A stretch of DNA of 64,000 nucleotides from Escherichia coli (lineage in GTDB: Bacteria > Pseudomonadota > Gammaproteobacteria > Enterobacterales > Enterobacteriaceae): NCBI RefSeq assembly GCF_017348835.2, contig NZ_CP072315.1. One strand, written 5' to 3'. Positions 1-9,447 of the stretch are shown here, one piece after another. A program made the translations under genes and the position numbers. Each line of letters starts with the position of its first letter. Positions within the stretch are counted from its first letter, which is position 1. Below the pieces are notes generated by a model. The model worked only from the letters and a program-made list of their open reading frames with translations, did not search any database and was not told the DNA's origin.

Positions 1-60
1 TGGACTCACCGCGCATCGAGCCGGATGTGTCGATAACAAGGTAAACAGGCAGGCGGCGCA

Positions 61-702
61 TCACATGTAATTCCTCAGGTGCGAGACAAACGAATCTGAT
101 TCTGAAGGCTCACCAATTGCCCTGAGTTTCCAGCCTGTAGCCTCGCGTATCAGCTCGGCAAAAACCATGGAGCGCTGGCTGGCGAAGGCGGGTCCGCCAG
201 AAAGATCGAATCGTGCCATTTCAATATTACGGGCATCTACTGCCCGGATGAAGGCATTCTGAACTTTACCAAAGTGCTGCTGGAGCTTTTCACCATTGTA
301 GATCTGAACGATGAACACAATTTTCTCGTACTGAGCGTCAAGGGAATTCAGGCGCACAATAATTTGCTCATCGTCACCATCACCGGCTCCGGTTCGGTTA
401 TCGCCCGTCAGCCAGATATTTCCTGACTTATGGCGAAGGCTGTTGAAAAAGATGATATCGCCATTCACAAGCGTTGGTTTACCATTTTCCACATTGCCGA
501 GATCGGTCACCTTTCCGGCTGAATTACACAGGAAAGCGATCACATCAAGGTCGTATTCTTCTTCTTTTTTACCAAAGATCCCGCCGAGGAAACCTTTCTT
601 TTCCTCATTAATATCCCAACCCAGGCCGATAGTAACGGACGAGAGATCGTATTCATTTTTTTTCAGGCTTACGCCCTGGCCTTTGCTCAGACTGACAGAC
701 AT
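61..702 (-). CDS. terX: TerD-family stress protein (TerX-like)
   Basis: 213-aa ORF with TerD-domain hallmarks (MSVSLSKG N-terminus, GDNRTGxGDGDDE motif) shared with the TerZ/TerD/TerE paralogs in this window; sits beside vWA TerY and TerW. Confidence 0.75.
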   Translation of the reverse strand: MSVSLSKGQGVSLKKNEYDLSSVTIGLGWDINEEKKGFLGGIFGKKEEEYDLDVIAFLCNSAGKVTDLGNVENGKPTLVNGDIIFFNSLRHKSGNIWLTGDNRTGAGDGDDEQIIVRLNSLDAQYEKIVFIVQIYNGEKLQQHFGKVQNAFIRAVDARNIEMARFDLSGGPAFASQRSMVFAELIREATGWKLRAIGEPSESDSFVSHLRNYM

Positions 703-724
703 GACATCCCCTTAATTAATAAAA

Positions 725-1444
725 TTATAAGACCACGTTTACTTCTGGCGGCGGCGGTGGCAGGTCTTCAAGACCGATCACTTCTTTTTTGCTGGACTCC
801 ACTTTCTGACTGCCTACCGAAATGCTCGCACTGACCCATTTAAAGAAAGCTTTAATCGTCGAACTGTCAGCTGTATCGAGCTGAACCACGATTTCAGTGA
901 TTTCTTTGAGGACGCTGGTATCGGCATCATGCCCGGCTGCACATGCCACAACAACGCCGGTTCTGGCCGCTTTAAAGTCATTCAGGCCTTTACGCCAGTC
1001 ATCATTCGGACTTCCATCCGTCATCAGGAATACAAGGGGACGCCAGTCACCTTTAGTGTCAGCCGTCGTTTTCTGTACTTCTTTGGCAATGGAGCTGGCC
1101 GTCAGGGTAAGCGCTTCGCCAAGAGAGGTGGTGCCGCTGGCTGTTAGTGCTGGCATCTGGAAACTCAGGAGGTCTGTCAGGGGGACTGCCTGTCGGGCTG
1201 AAGAATCAAAGGTGATCACTGACACGTAAGCCGTTTCGAGTGCATACGGATCCTGTTTCAGCGTGGTAAGCAGCGTCTGAACGCCATTCTTAACCGCTTC
1301 GATAGGCTCTCCGTGCATAGAGCCGGACGTGTCGAGTAGCAGATATACGGGTAAGCGTCTCAAATGTAATTCCTTCTTAAGAGATCGGAAGAGGAGAGTA
1401 GTTTCAGGAAGAGGCCAGAGTTTGTAGATTTGATAAAACGGCAC
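725..1444 (-). CDS. terY: von Willebrand factor A domain protein (TerY-like)
   Basis: 239-aa ORF with a MIDAS-like motif (LLLDTSGSM ... MTDG); the true start may be a downstream alternative codon. Confidence 0.75.
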   Translation of the reverse strand: MPFYQIYKLWPLPETTLLFRSLKKELHLRRLPVYLLLDTSGSMHGEPIEAVKNGVQTLLTTLKQDPYALETAYVSVITFDSSARQAVPLTDLLSFQMPALTASGTTSLGEALTLTASSIAKEVQKTTADTKGDWRPLVFLMTDGSPNDDWRKGLNDFKAARTGVVVACAAGHDADTSVLKEITEIVVQLDTADSSTIKAFFKWVSASISVGSQKVESSKKEVIGLEDLPPPPPEVNVVL

Positions 1445-1789
1445 GACATCTGTCGGGTGGAGATTAAATACTCAGAAGCGGCATTAAAGAAATAAGTTAA
1501 CCACCATTGAATTACCGACATGTGAATGGCCTCTTATCAGAGAAAAAAATTCAGACCGTACTGGAATATAAATTTCTGAAAAAAACTCCGGCAAAAATAA
1601 ACTTTCTTATGTATGAAAATCATCATACATCACAGATCTGCATGAATGGAGTGTAAATCGCCCAAAGATTGATGTGTAGCACAAGAGGATGTCAAGACAC
1701 CAGGTTTTGTAGGCAGAAAGGCGCTGCTGACATTGCGGGAGGAGAATAGATCAAAACTCCGTCACGCAGATACAGAGGTGAAATATGAC

Positions 1790-1814
1790 AAAACCGGGGT
1801 TTTCACCCCGGTCT
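1790..1814 (-). terminator. Putative intrinsic terminator downstream of terW
   Basis: Hairpin ACCGGGG/CCCCGGT followed by a short T-tract on the minus strand, immediately 3' of the terW stop. Confidence 0.4.
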
Positions 1815-1825
1815 GAGATTTAGCG

Positions 1826-2293
1826 TCAGGACTTTTTAGCGCTGTATTCTTTTATCAGTTCATCAACGGAGTGCAGAGCCAGCTTCTCTACCGCTTCACT
1901 TCGGGTCGAGCCACTCAGCGCAGCCAGACGGTCAATTTTTCTTAAAATCCGCATGCGTAGCGATAATGACACGGCTGTTTTTTTATCCTTATCGAGTACG
2001 ACCTTCCCTGTGGACTCACCGGTTTTCAGTTCAGCATTCTGTGCGAGCGCTTCATTCATCCGGCGAAGGGTCTTTTTATCCAGCTGGCCCGGATTAACGA
2101 GATGGTAGGAATGACCTGCCTTGCTGTATTTGATCTCCGCAGAATATGACTCGCGTAGCTCTTTGAGTGCCCGGGTTAATGTCGGCTCTGAGCATTCCAG
2201 ACTGGTTATAATGTCGGCAGCGGAAACGGGCTTGCCGGTGCCCAGTAAGTTGGCAAGCTTAAAAATCCGGGCCTGTCTGGTATTTAATTGCAT
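1826..2293 (-). CDS. terW: TerW-like regulatory protein
   Basis: 155-aa ORF; size and position between terY and the Ter-linked module match terW of ter islands. Confidence 0.65.
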   Translation of the reverse strand: MQLNTRQARIFKLANLLGTGKPVSAADIITSLECSEPTLTRALKELRESYSAEIKYSKAGHSYHLVNPGQLDKKTLRRMNEALAQNAELKTGESTGKVVLDKDKKTAVSLSLRMRILRKIDRLAALSGSTRSEAVEKLALHSVDELIKEYSAKKS

Positions 2294-2310
2294 CGTAAGA
2301 TTTAGCCTGC

Positions 2311-3519
2311 TTAAAGGGTTAGTGGTTCAATAGGCTGAAAAATGAAGGTACTGCTCATCTTTCGAATAACCGGGTGATCGCCTAACGCTTCAACCGGATC
2401 AATGTGTTCTAAGCCTGCAAAATTTACTGACGACATCTGGCTGCGACTGCATTTGCAGGACAGGATATACTCATCCTCCAGATAGCCGGTCCGCTTACTG
2501 ACCCGTTGCGTAAAGCCTGACACAATCACGTTGTCGAACGGTAGCGTATGTAAAACGATACCGACCAGGCGGAACAAGCAGCCATGGACGTGGCGGGCAT
2601 AGTTTTCGCGTACGGCTTTTTGCGTCATGGCTTTTTCCGTCAGCTCCGTGCCCCGGGCATTAACGCCGTAAATCTTATCAGGGAAATCTTCAATCTCAGC
2701 TAAATCAACATCCAGCAGGACTGCTGATAGCTCCGGCTTTACTTCAAATGCAACAAGCGTTTCACGCGGCCATTCAGTTTCTGCCAGCACACCCGCCAGG
2801 TATGATTCGAAAAACGCGGCGTCTGTCCGGAACTGCTGCCGGGCATCTGCCTGAGCCGTGGCGAGCCGTTTTTCATGTTCTTCAGCCTCAAACTTCCAGT
2901 TTGCATACTGTTCGGCCCAGGCCGTCCGTTGTTGCTGGTACCGGTGCTGTCGAAGGGTATTCTCACGCTCCACATCAATCAGCTCCTGCTGCCACCGGCG
3001 AAGATTTTCGGCGTGGCGCTCAGCTTTAGCTGATTCCGATTCAAACCATTTACCCAGAAAACTAATGCCTTCGCTCTCGGCAGGCTTTTCCGGCAATGCA
3101 AGATAGTCTGGCTTTTCTGGACGCACCGGTGCCGGAACCTGAAAAGGCGACGTTCTGTTATGCAGGTATACTGCTTCCAGCTCTGCCCAGCTGATGCCTG
3201 TTTTAGGATCCGGCGTCAGCTCGTGAATATTACGGATTGCGGTCACCGCTGACATGAGATCAGCGGCTTCCTCCTCAAGCGCCTGTCTGAGCCCCGGGTC
3301 GGTAGCCGTCCGGTTCCCACCTCCGGAACGCGCGGCCCGATCAAGCCGGGTACGGTAACTCAGCCCGGTACCGGGCAAGCCCAGATTGGCATAGGTCCCC
3401 CGGCTTCCAAAAGAAACGGAAGCACCTCTCGGCCCGACACTCAGGCTCGGTGCACCGTTACTCAGGTTGAGGCGAACACCAGGAATAATGTTGATCGACT
3501 TTCTGAATCTGAACCCCAT
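2311..3519 (-). CDS. Ter-associated protein with DUF4236-like N-terminus, function unknown
   Basis: 402-aa ORF co-directional and tightly packed with the module; glycine-rich N-terminal segment (GPRGASVSFGSRGTYANLGLPGTGLSYR). Confidence 0.55.
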   Translation of the reverse strand: MGFRFRKSINIIPGVRLNLSNGAPSLSVGPRGASVSFGSRGTYANLGLPGTGLSYRTRLDRAARSGGGNRTATDPGLRQALEEEAADLMSAVTAIRNIHELTPDPKTGISWAELEAVYLHNRTSPFQVPAPVRPEKPDYLALPEKPAESEGISFLGKWFESESAKAERHAENLRRWQQELIDVERENTLRQHRYQQQRTAWAEQYANWKFEAEEHEKRLATAQADARQQFRTDAAFFESYLAGVLAETEWPRETLVAFEVKPELSAVLLDVDLAEIEDFPDKIYGVNARGTELTEKAMTQKAVRENYARHVHGCLFRLVGIVLHTLPFDNVIVSGFTQRVSKRTGYLEDEYILSCKCSRSQMSSVNFAGLEHIDPVEALGDHPVIRKMSSTFIFQPIEPLTL

Positions 3520-3529
3520 TATGATTTCC

Positions 3530-4489
3530 TTAATGATGCTGGGTCACGGTAAGTAATCTGATTCCATCAGCGCTTTGCTCGTTCTGTAACCCATAAAAAC
3601 GAGCTCTGTCCAGAATGCCAGCCGCCCAGCGGCGATGTGTGGCGGGTTCACACATTGCTCCCTGCGACTTAAACACGGCCTGGGTAGAGTTCAGGATCCG
3701 CAGAGCGTCAGAATGCTCACCCTGAGTGACCATCAGCGCGTTTTGAATGACCTCTATCTGACCCGGGTGAATGGCCGTTTTCCCAACAAGCCCATGTGCC
3801 ATATCAAGAGCCAGCTCTCTGGCCATTACGGCATGATCGTCAATATGCTCACATACGGGCGCGGTCAGGGCAAAATCACGCGGGCCGAAGACCGAAACGA
3901 GCATTTTGATGACGTAGCCCATCGGGCTGTCATACAGCGTCAGGTCCCGGGGACGGCGAAGCGACACAACGTTCATAAGATCGTTGCCGCCGATTCGAAG
4001 CGCAATAATGCGGTCGTGGCAGGGATGTTCCACCAGACGGGTGGCCAGCTCCCGCATCTGAACCACGTCAAAGACGTCTTCTGTTTCCAGCGTTGGCATC
4101 ATGCACAGGTGAGTCCCGCCCATGATATCCCACCATTCAGCTAACGAACTGAGGGTAAATTTCGGCAACACAAACCCGTCGACAGCGGAAAGATCATAAT
4201 GCGCTTTTAACCATCTGCCCATTTCGGCATGCCGGGGGCGAATGAACACCAGAGGCCAGTCATTTTTACCCAGGCTATGCATGCTGTTACTGAGCTCGTG
4301 CAGCAGGTGCTCCAGATTTTTGAGGGCGACGGGGATGTCTGCTTCACTGACAGCATCCTCCAGGCAAATCACCAGAGAGCGCAAACCCGGGATTTTCCCG
4401 TGCAGGACGGCATCAGCAATATCTTCCCGTGTTGCAGGCATGTATAGCGTGGCTCCCAGATTCCAGGGAGAAAGACGATTTTTCATCAA
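3530..4489 (-). CDS. HpcH/HpaI aldolase / citrate-lyase beta-like (TIM-barrel) enzyme
   Basis: 319-aa ORF; start overlaps the upstream gene's stop (ATGA at 4486-4489), indicating translational coupling; fold assignment is from sequence similarity by eye. Confidence 0.6.
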   Translation of the reverse strand: MMKNRLSPWNLGATLYMPATREDIADAVLHGKIPGLRSLVICLEDAVSEADIPVALKNLEHLLHELSNSMHSLGKNDWPLVFIRPRHAEMGRWLKAHYDLSAVDGFVLPKFTLSSLAEWWDIMGGTHLCMMPTLETEDVFDVVQMRELATRLVEHPCHDRIIALRIGGNDLMNVVSLRRPRDLTLYDSPMGYVIKMLVSVFGPRDFALTAPVCEHIDDHAVMARELALDMAHGLVGKTAIHPGQIEVIQNALMVTQGEHSDALRILNSTQAVFKSQGAMCEPATHRRWAAGILDRARFYGLQNEQSADGIRLLTVTQHH

Positions 4490-5565
4490 AGTACCTTCTT
4501 GATAATGGTTACAGCCCGATACTGGCCGAGGGTTCCCCCCATTTCTGTAACAACTATTCCCTTTTCACGAGCAAGCCCTACAAGCAAGGCAACGTCCGAG
4601 TCGTCAATAGAACGCACAAATACATGGTCCGGTACCCGACGTAATACAGCCCGGGTTGCTTCAGCAATACCGGGTTTTATACGATTGACGCTGTCCACTT
4701 TAAATTCATCGGCCAGGAACGCGATAACGTCGCGACTTGTCTGCCATAAGACCCGGGCTGACTCCGTATTCCAGCTCAGGGGAGCGAGGGATGACGGGGT
4801 TAACTTCTTACGGAAATGAGCGACGGTATCGACAAGCATCCGGCTGCATTCGAATTCACTGAGATGCTCGCAAACCATGCACCCGTGTAATCCTTCAGAG
4901 GACCACACTGACCGGGAGATCAGGCCTGACACCGGCGCACCCATGATGCCAAAAGGAATGAGCCAGTCATCATCACTGGCTGCAAGCCAGGAGCAGCCAC
5001 AGGGATCGGCCAGGACAACCAGTCGCGGCTGCTCAGGATAGCCCGGGCGATCTTTCAGTGCGCGTACAAGCTCTCCGGTAATTGCGCCTTTACCTGTCCA
5101 TCCGTCAACAAAGACAATACCGCTGGTACCATGCCGCTCTTCAATGACGTCGAGGGCTGCACCGTCAATTCCACGATCCCGGATAATGCTGATACCGTAA
5201 TGCCATGAGGTTTTCCCCATGTCACGCAGGGCCTGGTGCAGCATAACGCCGAGCGGCACGCCAGCCCTGACAAGACTGGCCAGTACAATGGGCTCATCAC
5301 CAAAGCGTTTGGCCAGAGCAATAGCGAGCTGTGTGACTTCTTTTGCAAGTCTCTCTGCGCCCCGATCCAGCGCCCGGTGAAACAAATCAAGATGCCATTG
5401 TGTTGGCGCTGGCTCCTGACTGAGCATGTCCGAATAATGTTTCTTCCCTGACTGAATCAGCTCTTCTTTTTGCTCAACCGGCGTCATCTCAATGACAACC
5501 GGCTTTAGCAGAAATTCCACGTCACCGGGCTGGTATGAGCCGGTAAATGTGTCATGTGGCTGCAT
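4486..5565 (-). CDS. Phosphoribosyltransferase-like protein (divergent)
   Basis: ATG at 5565 preceded by a GGAGAA ribosome-binding site and placed 1 nt after the HAD stop; degenerate PRTase-like motif IVFVDGWTGKGAITG. Confidence 0.55.
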   Translation of the reverse strand: MQPHDTFTGSYQPGDVEFLLKPVVIEMTPVEQKEELIQSGKKHYSDMLSQEPAPTQWHLDLFHRALDRGAERLAKEVTQLAIALAKRFGDEPIVLASLVRAGVPLGVMLHQALRDMGKTSWHYGISIIRDRGIDGAALDVIEERHGTSGIVFVDGWTGKGAITGELVRALKDRPGYPEQPRLVVLADPCGCSWLAASDDDWLIPFGIMGAPVSGLISRSVWSSEGLHGCMVCEHLSEFECSRMLVDTVAHFRKKLTPSSLAPLSWNTESARVLWQTSRDVIAFLADEFKVDSVNRIKPGIAEATRAVLRRVPDHVFVRSIDDSDVALLVGLAREKGIVVTEMGGTLGQYRAVTIIKKVL

Positions 5566-5566
5566 T

Positions 5567-6340
5567 TTAATTTTCTCCAAAAATTCGCTGTGAAATGGCA
5601 TCTGCAAACTGACTCTGACGCGGGATGCCAAACCAGCTGCACAGTTTCATAAAACGATGATCGCTCAGGCTGTCGCCCAGGCCAATTACGGGGAAGACTC
5701 CGCGTTCAGCCCGAAGTTTTTCAAGCAGCCATCTGACTGCCAGCCCTTTCTCAACCGGGGTGGGAAGCCAGGCCACGTTATTACTGTTGCGGTGGATGTA
5801 GAAGCCCTCGGTCGGAAACACCGTTTCTATCTCATCTGCAATGGCATTAAGCTCGTCAAGGCGGGTGCTGTCGCGGTGCTTCATCACCATATAAACCGCC
5901 GTTTCACCGTATTCGAAGTTCAGCCTTGCCCAGGCATTGATCCCTTTTGCGTCCATCATTTCAGTGATCAGACGCTGCATCGATGTCAGCTTTTCCTGGT
6001 AGGGAGCCAGCTGGCCAAGCATATGGGCCTTCCACTCCTCGTCGGGTTTGCCTTCAGGCGTGAGAATGACGGCCCCGTGCGTGGTGATTGCCCAGGAGTG
6101 GAAAGGGATCCGGACGCGGCTGATTTCTTCAGTTCCCCGGGCGGTAACAGGTATGAGTTCAGCCTGCTCCAGGAGCCAGTCCACCAACATGGACTGTTCT
6201 TCCGTCATAAAGCTTCGTGGATTCAGGGTGCGATCAACGGCACCGGTACGGAATGGCTCCAGGGCCAGCTCGTCCACCATTTTACGACGGGTCTGAAAGA
6301 GCGTGTCGTCAAGGTCGCTCAGAACAACGGGTTTATTCAT
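5567..6340 (-). CDS. HAD-superfamily hydrolase
   Basis: Starts MNKPVVLSDLDDTLF (HAD motif I DxDxT); ATG at 6340 overlaps the PRTase gene's stop by 8 nt; the longer track ORF 5567..6676 is an upstream extension. Confidence 0.7.
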   Translation of the reverse strand: MNKPVVLSDLDDTLFQTRRKMVDELALEPFRTGAVDRTLNPRSFMTEEQSMLVDWLLEQAELIPVTARGTEEISRVRIPFHSWAITTHGAVILTPEGKPDEEWKAHMLGQLAPYQEKLTSMQRLITEMMDAKGINAWARLNFEYGETAVYMVMKHRDSTRLDELNAIADEIETVFPTEGFYIHRNSNNVAWLPTPVEKGLAVRWLLEKLRAERGVFPVIGLGDSLSDHRFMKLCSWFGIPRQSQFADAISQRIFGEN

Positions 6341-7481
6341 AGGTAACAATCTCCACGACGGGCGCAACCTCAGCCAGGGCTTTAAGAAGCTGCGTGTCAA
6401 TACTTTCTGCGGGTGTCTCAGTACACACAAGAATACGGTCAAACTGCTGGTGGGCGACGTTATAGACAAAATTGGGGATGCCCAGCCCGTAGTTATCCGT
6501 AAAGGAAATGGCGGACTCAATGGCATAACCAACGGCGATAGGGGAGCGGGTGGTCGAACCATAAAGTGCCTGTGCTCCGGCAGCTTCGAGCCGTTCAGCA
6601 AGCAGGAACGGCTCCCAGACGAATTCCCCGGTCCCGAGAACCAGAATACGTTCCCCCTTGCGGACGGAGACCTCATGGCCGAGATCGGCCGCAGGTGCGA
6701 GCATCCCCAGTCGACCCCAGGACTGTTTTCCCAGGATGTCCCATTCTCCGCGTGAAGTTACGTTGACTTTCGGCATGTCCGGGACAGGTGCATCAGGTAA
6801 TGGGGTCCATCCCCACTGACCGCTTACAAGCGAAACCGAAGTGACGGGCAAGGATGTGCGCTCCGACAGGGCGTTGCTACTCCAGTCGGTAAGCGTAACG
6901 GCGATAACCTGTTCAATATGTTGAAGCTTGCCGGTATTACGCAGGGCAGAAAGCAGGTTAATAAAGGTATTACCGGTGGTTGCCTCGTCATCAATCAAAA
7001 CCAGCGTTCGTGCGTTGGTAACACGACGTCTTTTCTCTTCATCATCTGGCAGATAGATCAGATGATCGGTGGCGTGGCTGTGTTCTTCCTTGAACTCGCA
7101 AAGTAACGTGCCATCAACCGGGTGACGGGTAGAGGTCAGATAGACAGATTCACGATGCTGGTGGCGCACTTCATCAAACACACCGGCCCCTAGCCCAACG
7201 GCGGTTTCAGCCATACCGATAAAAAGTACGGGCCCTGTCAGCGTTGCGGGGAACTGGCTGGCAAGCTGTCTGTAGGCCTGCCGCATGACTGAGGGTGGCA
7301 CGGGAATGTGCCTGCCGAGTACTTTGCTGACAAACAGAAAGGCGCGTTTCGGGTTACGTCTTTCAGCGATATCAAACAGGTCATCGAGCGAAACATCACC
7401 CTGGTCGCGGGTTACCTGTATCGTACCGCATGAGAGGGTACGGCGATAAATCATATCTTCGAGGGTATCAGACATAAACAC
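6333..7481 (-). CDS. Phosphoribosyltransferase-domain protein
   Basis: 382-aa ORF with PRTase signature VLIDDEATTGNT; GTG start at 7481 or ATG at 7475. Confidence 0.7.
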   Translation of the reverse strand: MFMSDTLEDMIYRRTLSCGTIQVTRDQGDVSLDDLFDIAERRNPKRAFLFVSKVLGRHIPVPPSVMRQAYRQLASQFPATLTGPVLFIGMAETAVGLGAGVFDEVRHQHRESVYLTSTRHPVDGTLLCEFKEEHSHATDHLIYLPDDEEKRRRVTNARTLVLIDDEATTGNTFINLLSALRNTGKLQHIEQVIAVTLTDWSSNALSERTSLPVTSVSLVSGQWGWTPLPDAPVPDMPKVNVTSRGEWDILGKQSWGRLGMLAPAADLGHEVSVRKGERILVLGTGEFVWEPFLLAERLEAAGAQALYGSTTRSPIAVGYAIESAISFTDNYGLGIPNFVYNVAHQQFDRILVCTETPAESIDTQLLKALAEVAPVVEIVTYE

Positions 7482-7484
7482 GCC

Positions 7485-8543
7485 TTAATTCAGATGGTTA
7501 GAGAGTGATTCCGGGTAAACGATGACATCTGTGATGGATCTCACTGCAACCGGAGAAAAGGTATTTCTGGCGCTCTGGATCACCGCATCTTCAGACATCA
7601 GACCGAGCTTAAAGGCAGCAAACAACCCGGGAAGGTTCACCCCGCTGTGAAGGGTATAACCCACCCCGCCTGACGGACGCATGTTGGTTTCAAGCAGCAC
7701 CGGGTTGCCATTCACATCGTTTCGCGTCTGAACATTCACCAGCCCGTCGGCCTTCATAACCCGGGCGCAGTCACAAGCCAGTTCCCAGGCGCTTCCTTCG
7801 TTTACCAGATACTGGATAGCCCCTTCCTTACGGCGTCCCACGGCTGCGAGTATTTCGCCCTTATCCGCGAGGATATCGACGGAAAATTCCGGGCCTGGCA
7901 GGTACGGCATCAAAACAAGGGGTTTAAACGACTCAGAAGCCGATGCTGCTGCAATATACTGTTGCGGACTGACCAGACGATGTTCGGGATGATTAAAGAC
8001 GGCCATGGGCGAAGCACTGTCATCAAAGCGCCAGAATCCCATGCCATAGATACCCGTCACCGGCTTCACGCATACCGGGCTGTCCGAGAACGGCGGGGCC
8101 GCGAGGTGCGTCTTTAATTCTGCCAGCGTATTCACCCGCCAGGACGGTACGACCGGGAGCCCGTTTTGCTCCATAAACTGAGCAAAAGTAACTTTTTCGT
8201 CAGCCAGAGTTAACCAGTCGACGCCTGTTGCACCGGTAGTAAGGGTGGCTCCGGTCGATTCAATGGCTGAACGGTGTTCTTCAAACCACTGGCTGTTACG
8301 GCCAGTATGAATATGGTGGATGCCGTAGGTCTGAATGGTTTCCTGAATAAACTGAAGACGTTTTTGAGGATCTTCAGGTTCAGTCAAAGAATAATCGGCA
8401 ACGGAAAGAATTTCATGTCTTTCGTTACGGTGGGAGGCAAATACGGTAATAGCAAAATTATTTTTTTGTGCAAATGATTTTACCCCCTGAATAATATCTC
8501 GCTGGGAGGACAAACCTTCCATAAACCAAATTTTCTTGTTCAT
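7485..8543 (-). CDS. ATP-grasp family enzyme
   Basis: 352-aa ORF, first gene of the minus-strand module; ATP-grasp-like fold judged from sequence. Confidence 0.65.
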   Translation of the reverse strand: MNKKIWFMEGLSSQRDIIQGVKSFAQKNNFAITVFASHRNERHEILSVADYSLTEPEDPQKRLQFIQETIQTYGIHHIHTGRNSQWFEEHRSAIESTGATLTTGATGVDWLTLADEKVTFAQFMEQNGLPVVPSWRVNTLAELKTHLAAPPFSDSPVCVKPVTGIYGMGFWRFDDSASPMAVFNHPEHRLVSPQQYIAAASASESFKPLVLMPYLPGPEFSVDILADKGEILAAVGRRKEGAIQYLVNEGSAWELACDCARVMKADGLVNVQTRNDVNGNPVLLETNMRPSGGVGYTLHSGVNLPGLFAAFKLGLMSEDAVIQSARNTFSPVAVRSITDVIVYPESLSNHLN

Positions 8544-8865
8544 TTTTTTTAATTATCCGGAACGCCATGCAAATTTATGATTGAGAAGTGAGTCTATGAG
8601 TGTCTACGCTACATGTCAATCATAATATGATTAATAACTTCAGTGGTTATGGAGTGCGTCAGTGTTTTTTTAGTGCCTTATAACGTATTGATATTTAAAT
8701 TAAAAATAGAAAAATGAACACCATGAAAAGGATTTATTTTTGTGTTTTTGAAGAAAACTACCAAAATTTCCCTTGTCAGAGAACTTCATCATGATATGAT
8801 TTTCTTCGTCAGTTACTAAATATACCTTTGATTGTCTCGGTCATTACCATTTTAAGGAATAAAAC
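8544..8865. promoter_or_regulatory. AT-rich divergent intergenic region between the Ter-linked module and terZ
   Basis: 322-bp AT-rich non-coding stretch separating divergently oriented operons; GGAA ribosome-binding site upstream of terZ. Confidence 0.5.
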
Positions 8866-9447
8866 ATGGTTTCATTAAGTAAGAACCAGACGGTATCACT
8901 CAGCAAAGAATCTTCAGCATTAAGCCAGCTTCAATTCGGTCTCGGTTGGGATCCGGTTAAGAAAAAAGGTCTTCTTGGAGGATTGTTTGGAGGCAACGAC
9001 TCAATCGATCTCGATGCTGGCTGCGTATTAATGGACAGCACCGGTAAAACAATTGACACCATCTGGTTCCGCAAACTGGAATCCACCTGCGGCGCTGTTG
9101 TGCACAGTGGCGATAACCTGACCGGTGAGGGTGACGGTGACGATGAGGTGATTAAGGTCAACCTCTCCCGACTGCCTGCAAACGTTGAATACCTGGCGTT
9201 TACGGTAAACAGCTTCCGTGGTCAGTCGTTCAATGACGTCGAAAACGCGTTCTGCCGCGTTGTCGATCAAACCGGCAAAGAGCTGGCTCGCTACAAGCTG
9301 ACTGAGCAGGGCTCACATACCGGGATCGTTATTTCTTCGCTGCGCCGTAATAACGGCAACTGGGACTTTACCGCCCTTGGCCATGCCTGTCGCGGCCGCA
9401 CAATTGACGATATGCACTCCGATATCGTTTCAGCGGTTATTCGCTAA
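8866..9447 (+). CDS. terZ: Tellurium resistance protein TerZ (TerD family)
   Basis: 193-aa ORF with TerD domain; first gene of a terZABCDE-order cluster. Confidence 0.85.
   Translation: MVSLSKNQTVSLSKESSALSQLQFGLGWDPVKKKGLLGGLFGGNDSIDLDAGCVLMDSTGKTIDTIWFRKLESTCGAVVHSGDNLTGEGDGDDEVIKVNLSRLPANVEYLAFTVNSFRGQSFNDVENAFCRVVDQTGKELARYKLTEQGSHTGIVISSLRRNNGNWDFTALGHACRGRTIDDMHSDIVSAVIR

Noticed and set aside
5567-6676. 369-aa ORF extending the HAD hydrolase about 113 codons upstream
   Set aside because: The extension lies entirely inside the 3' end of the PRTase gene in another frame; the ATG at 6340 gives the canonical HAD N-terminus (MNKPVVLSDLDDTLF).
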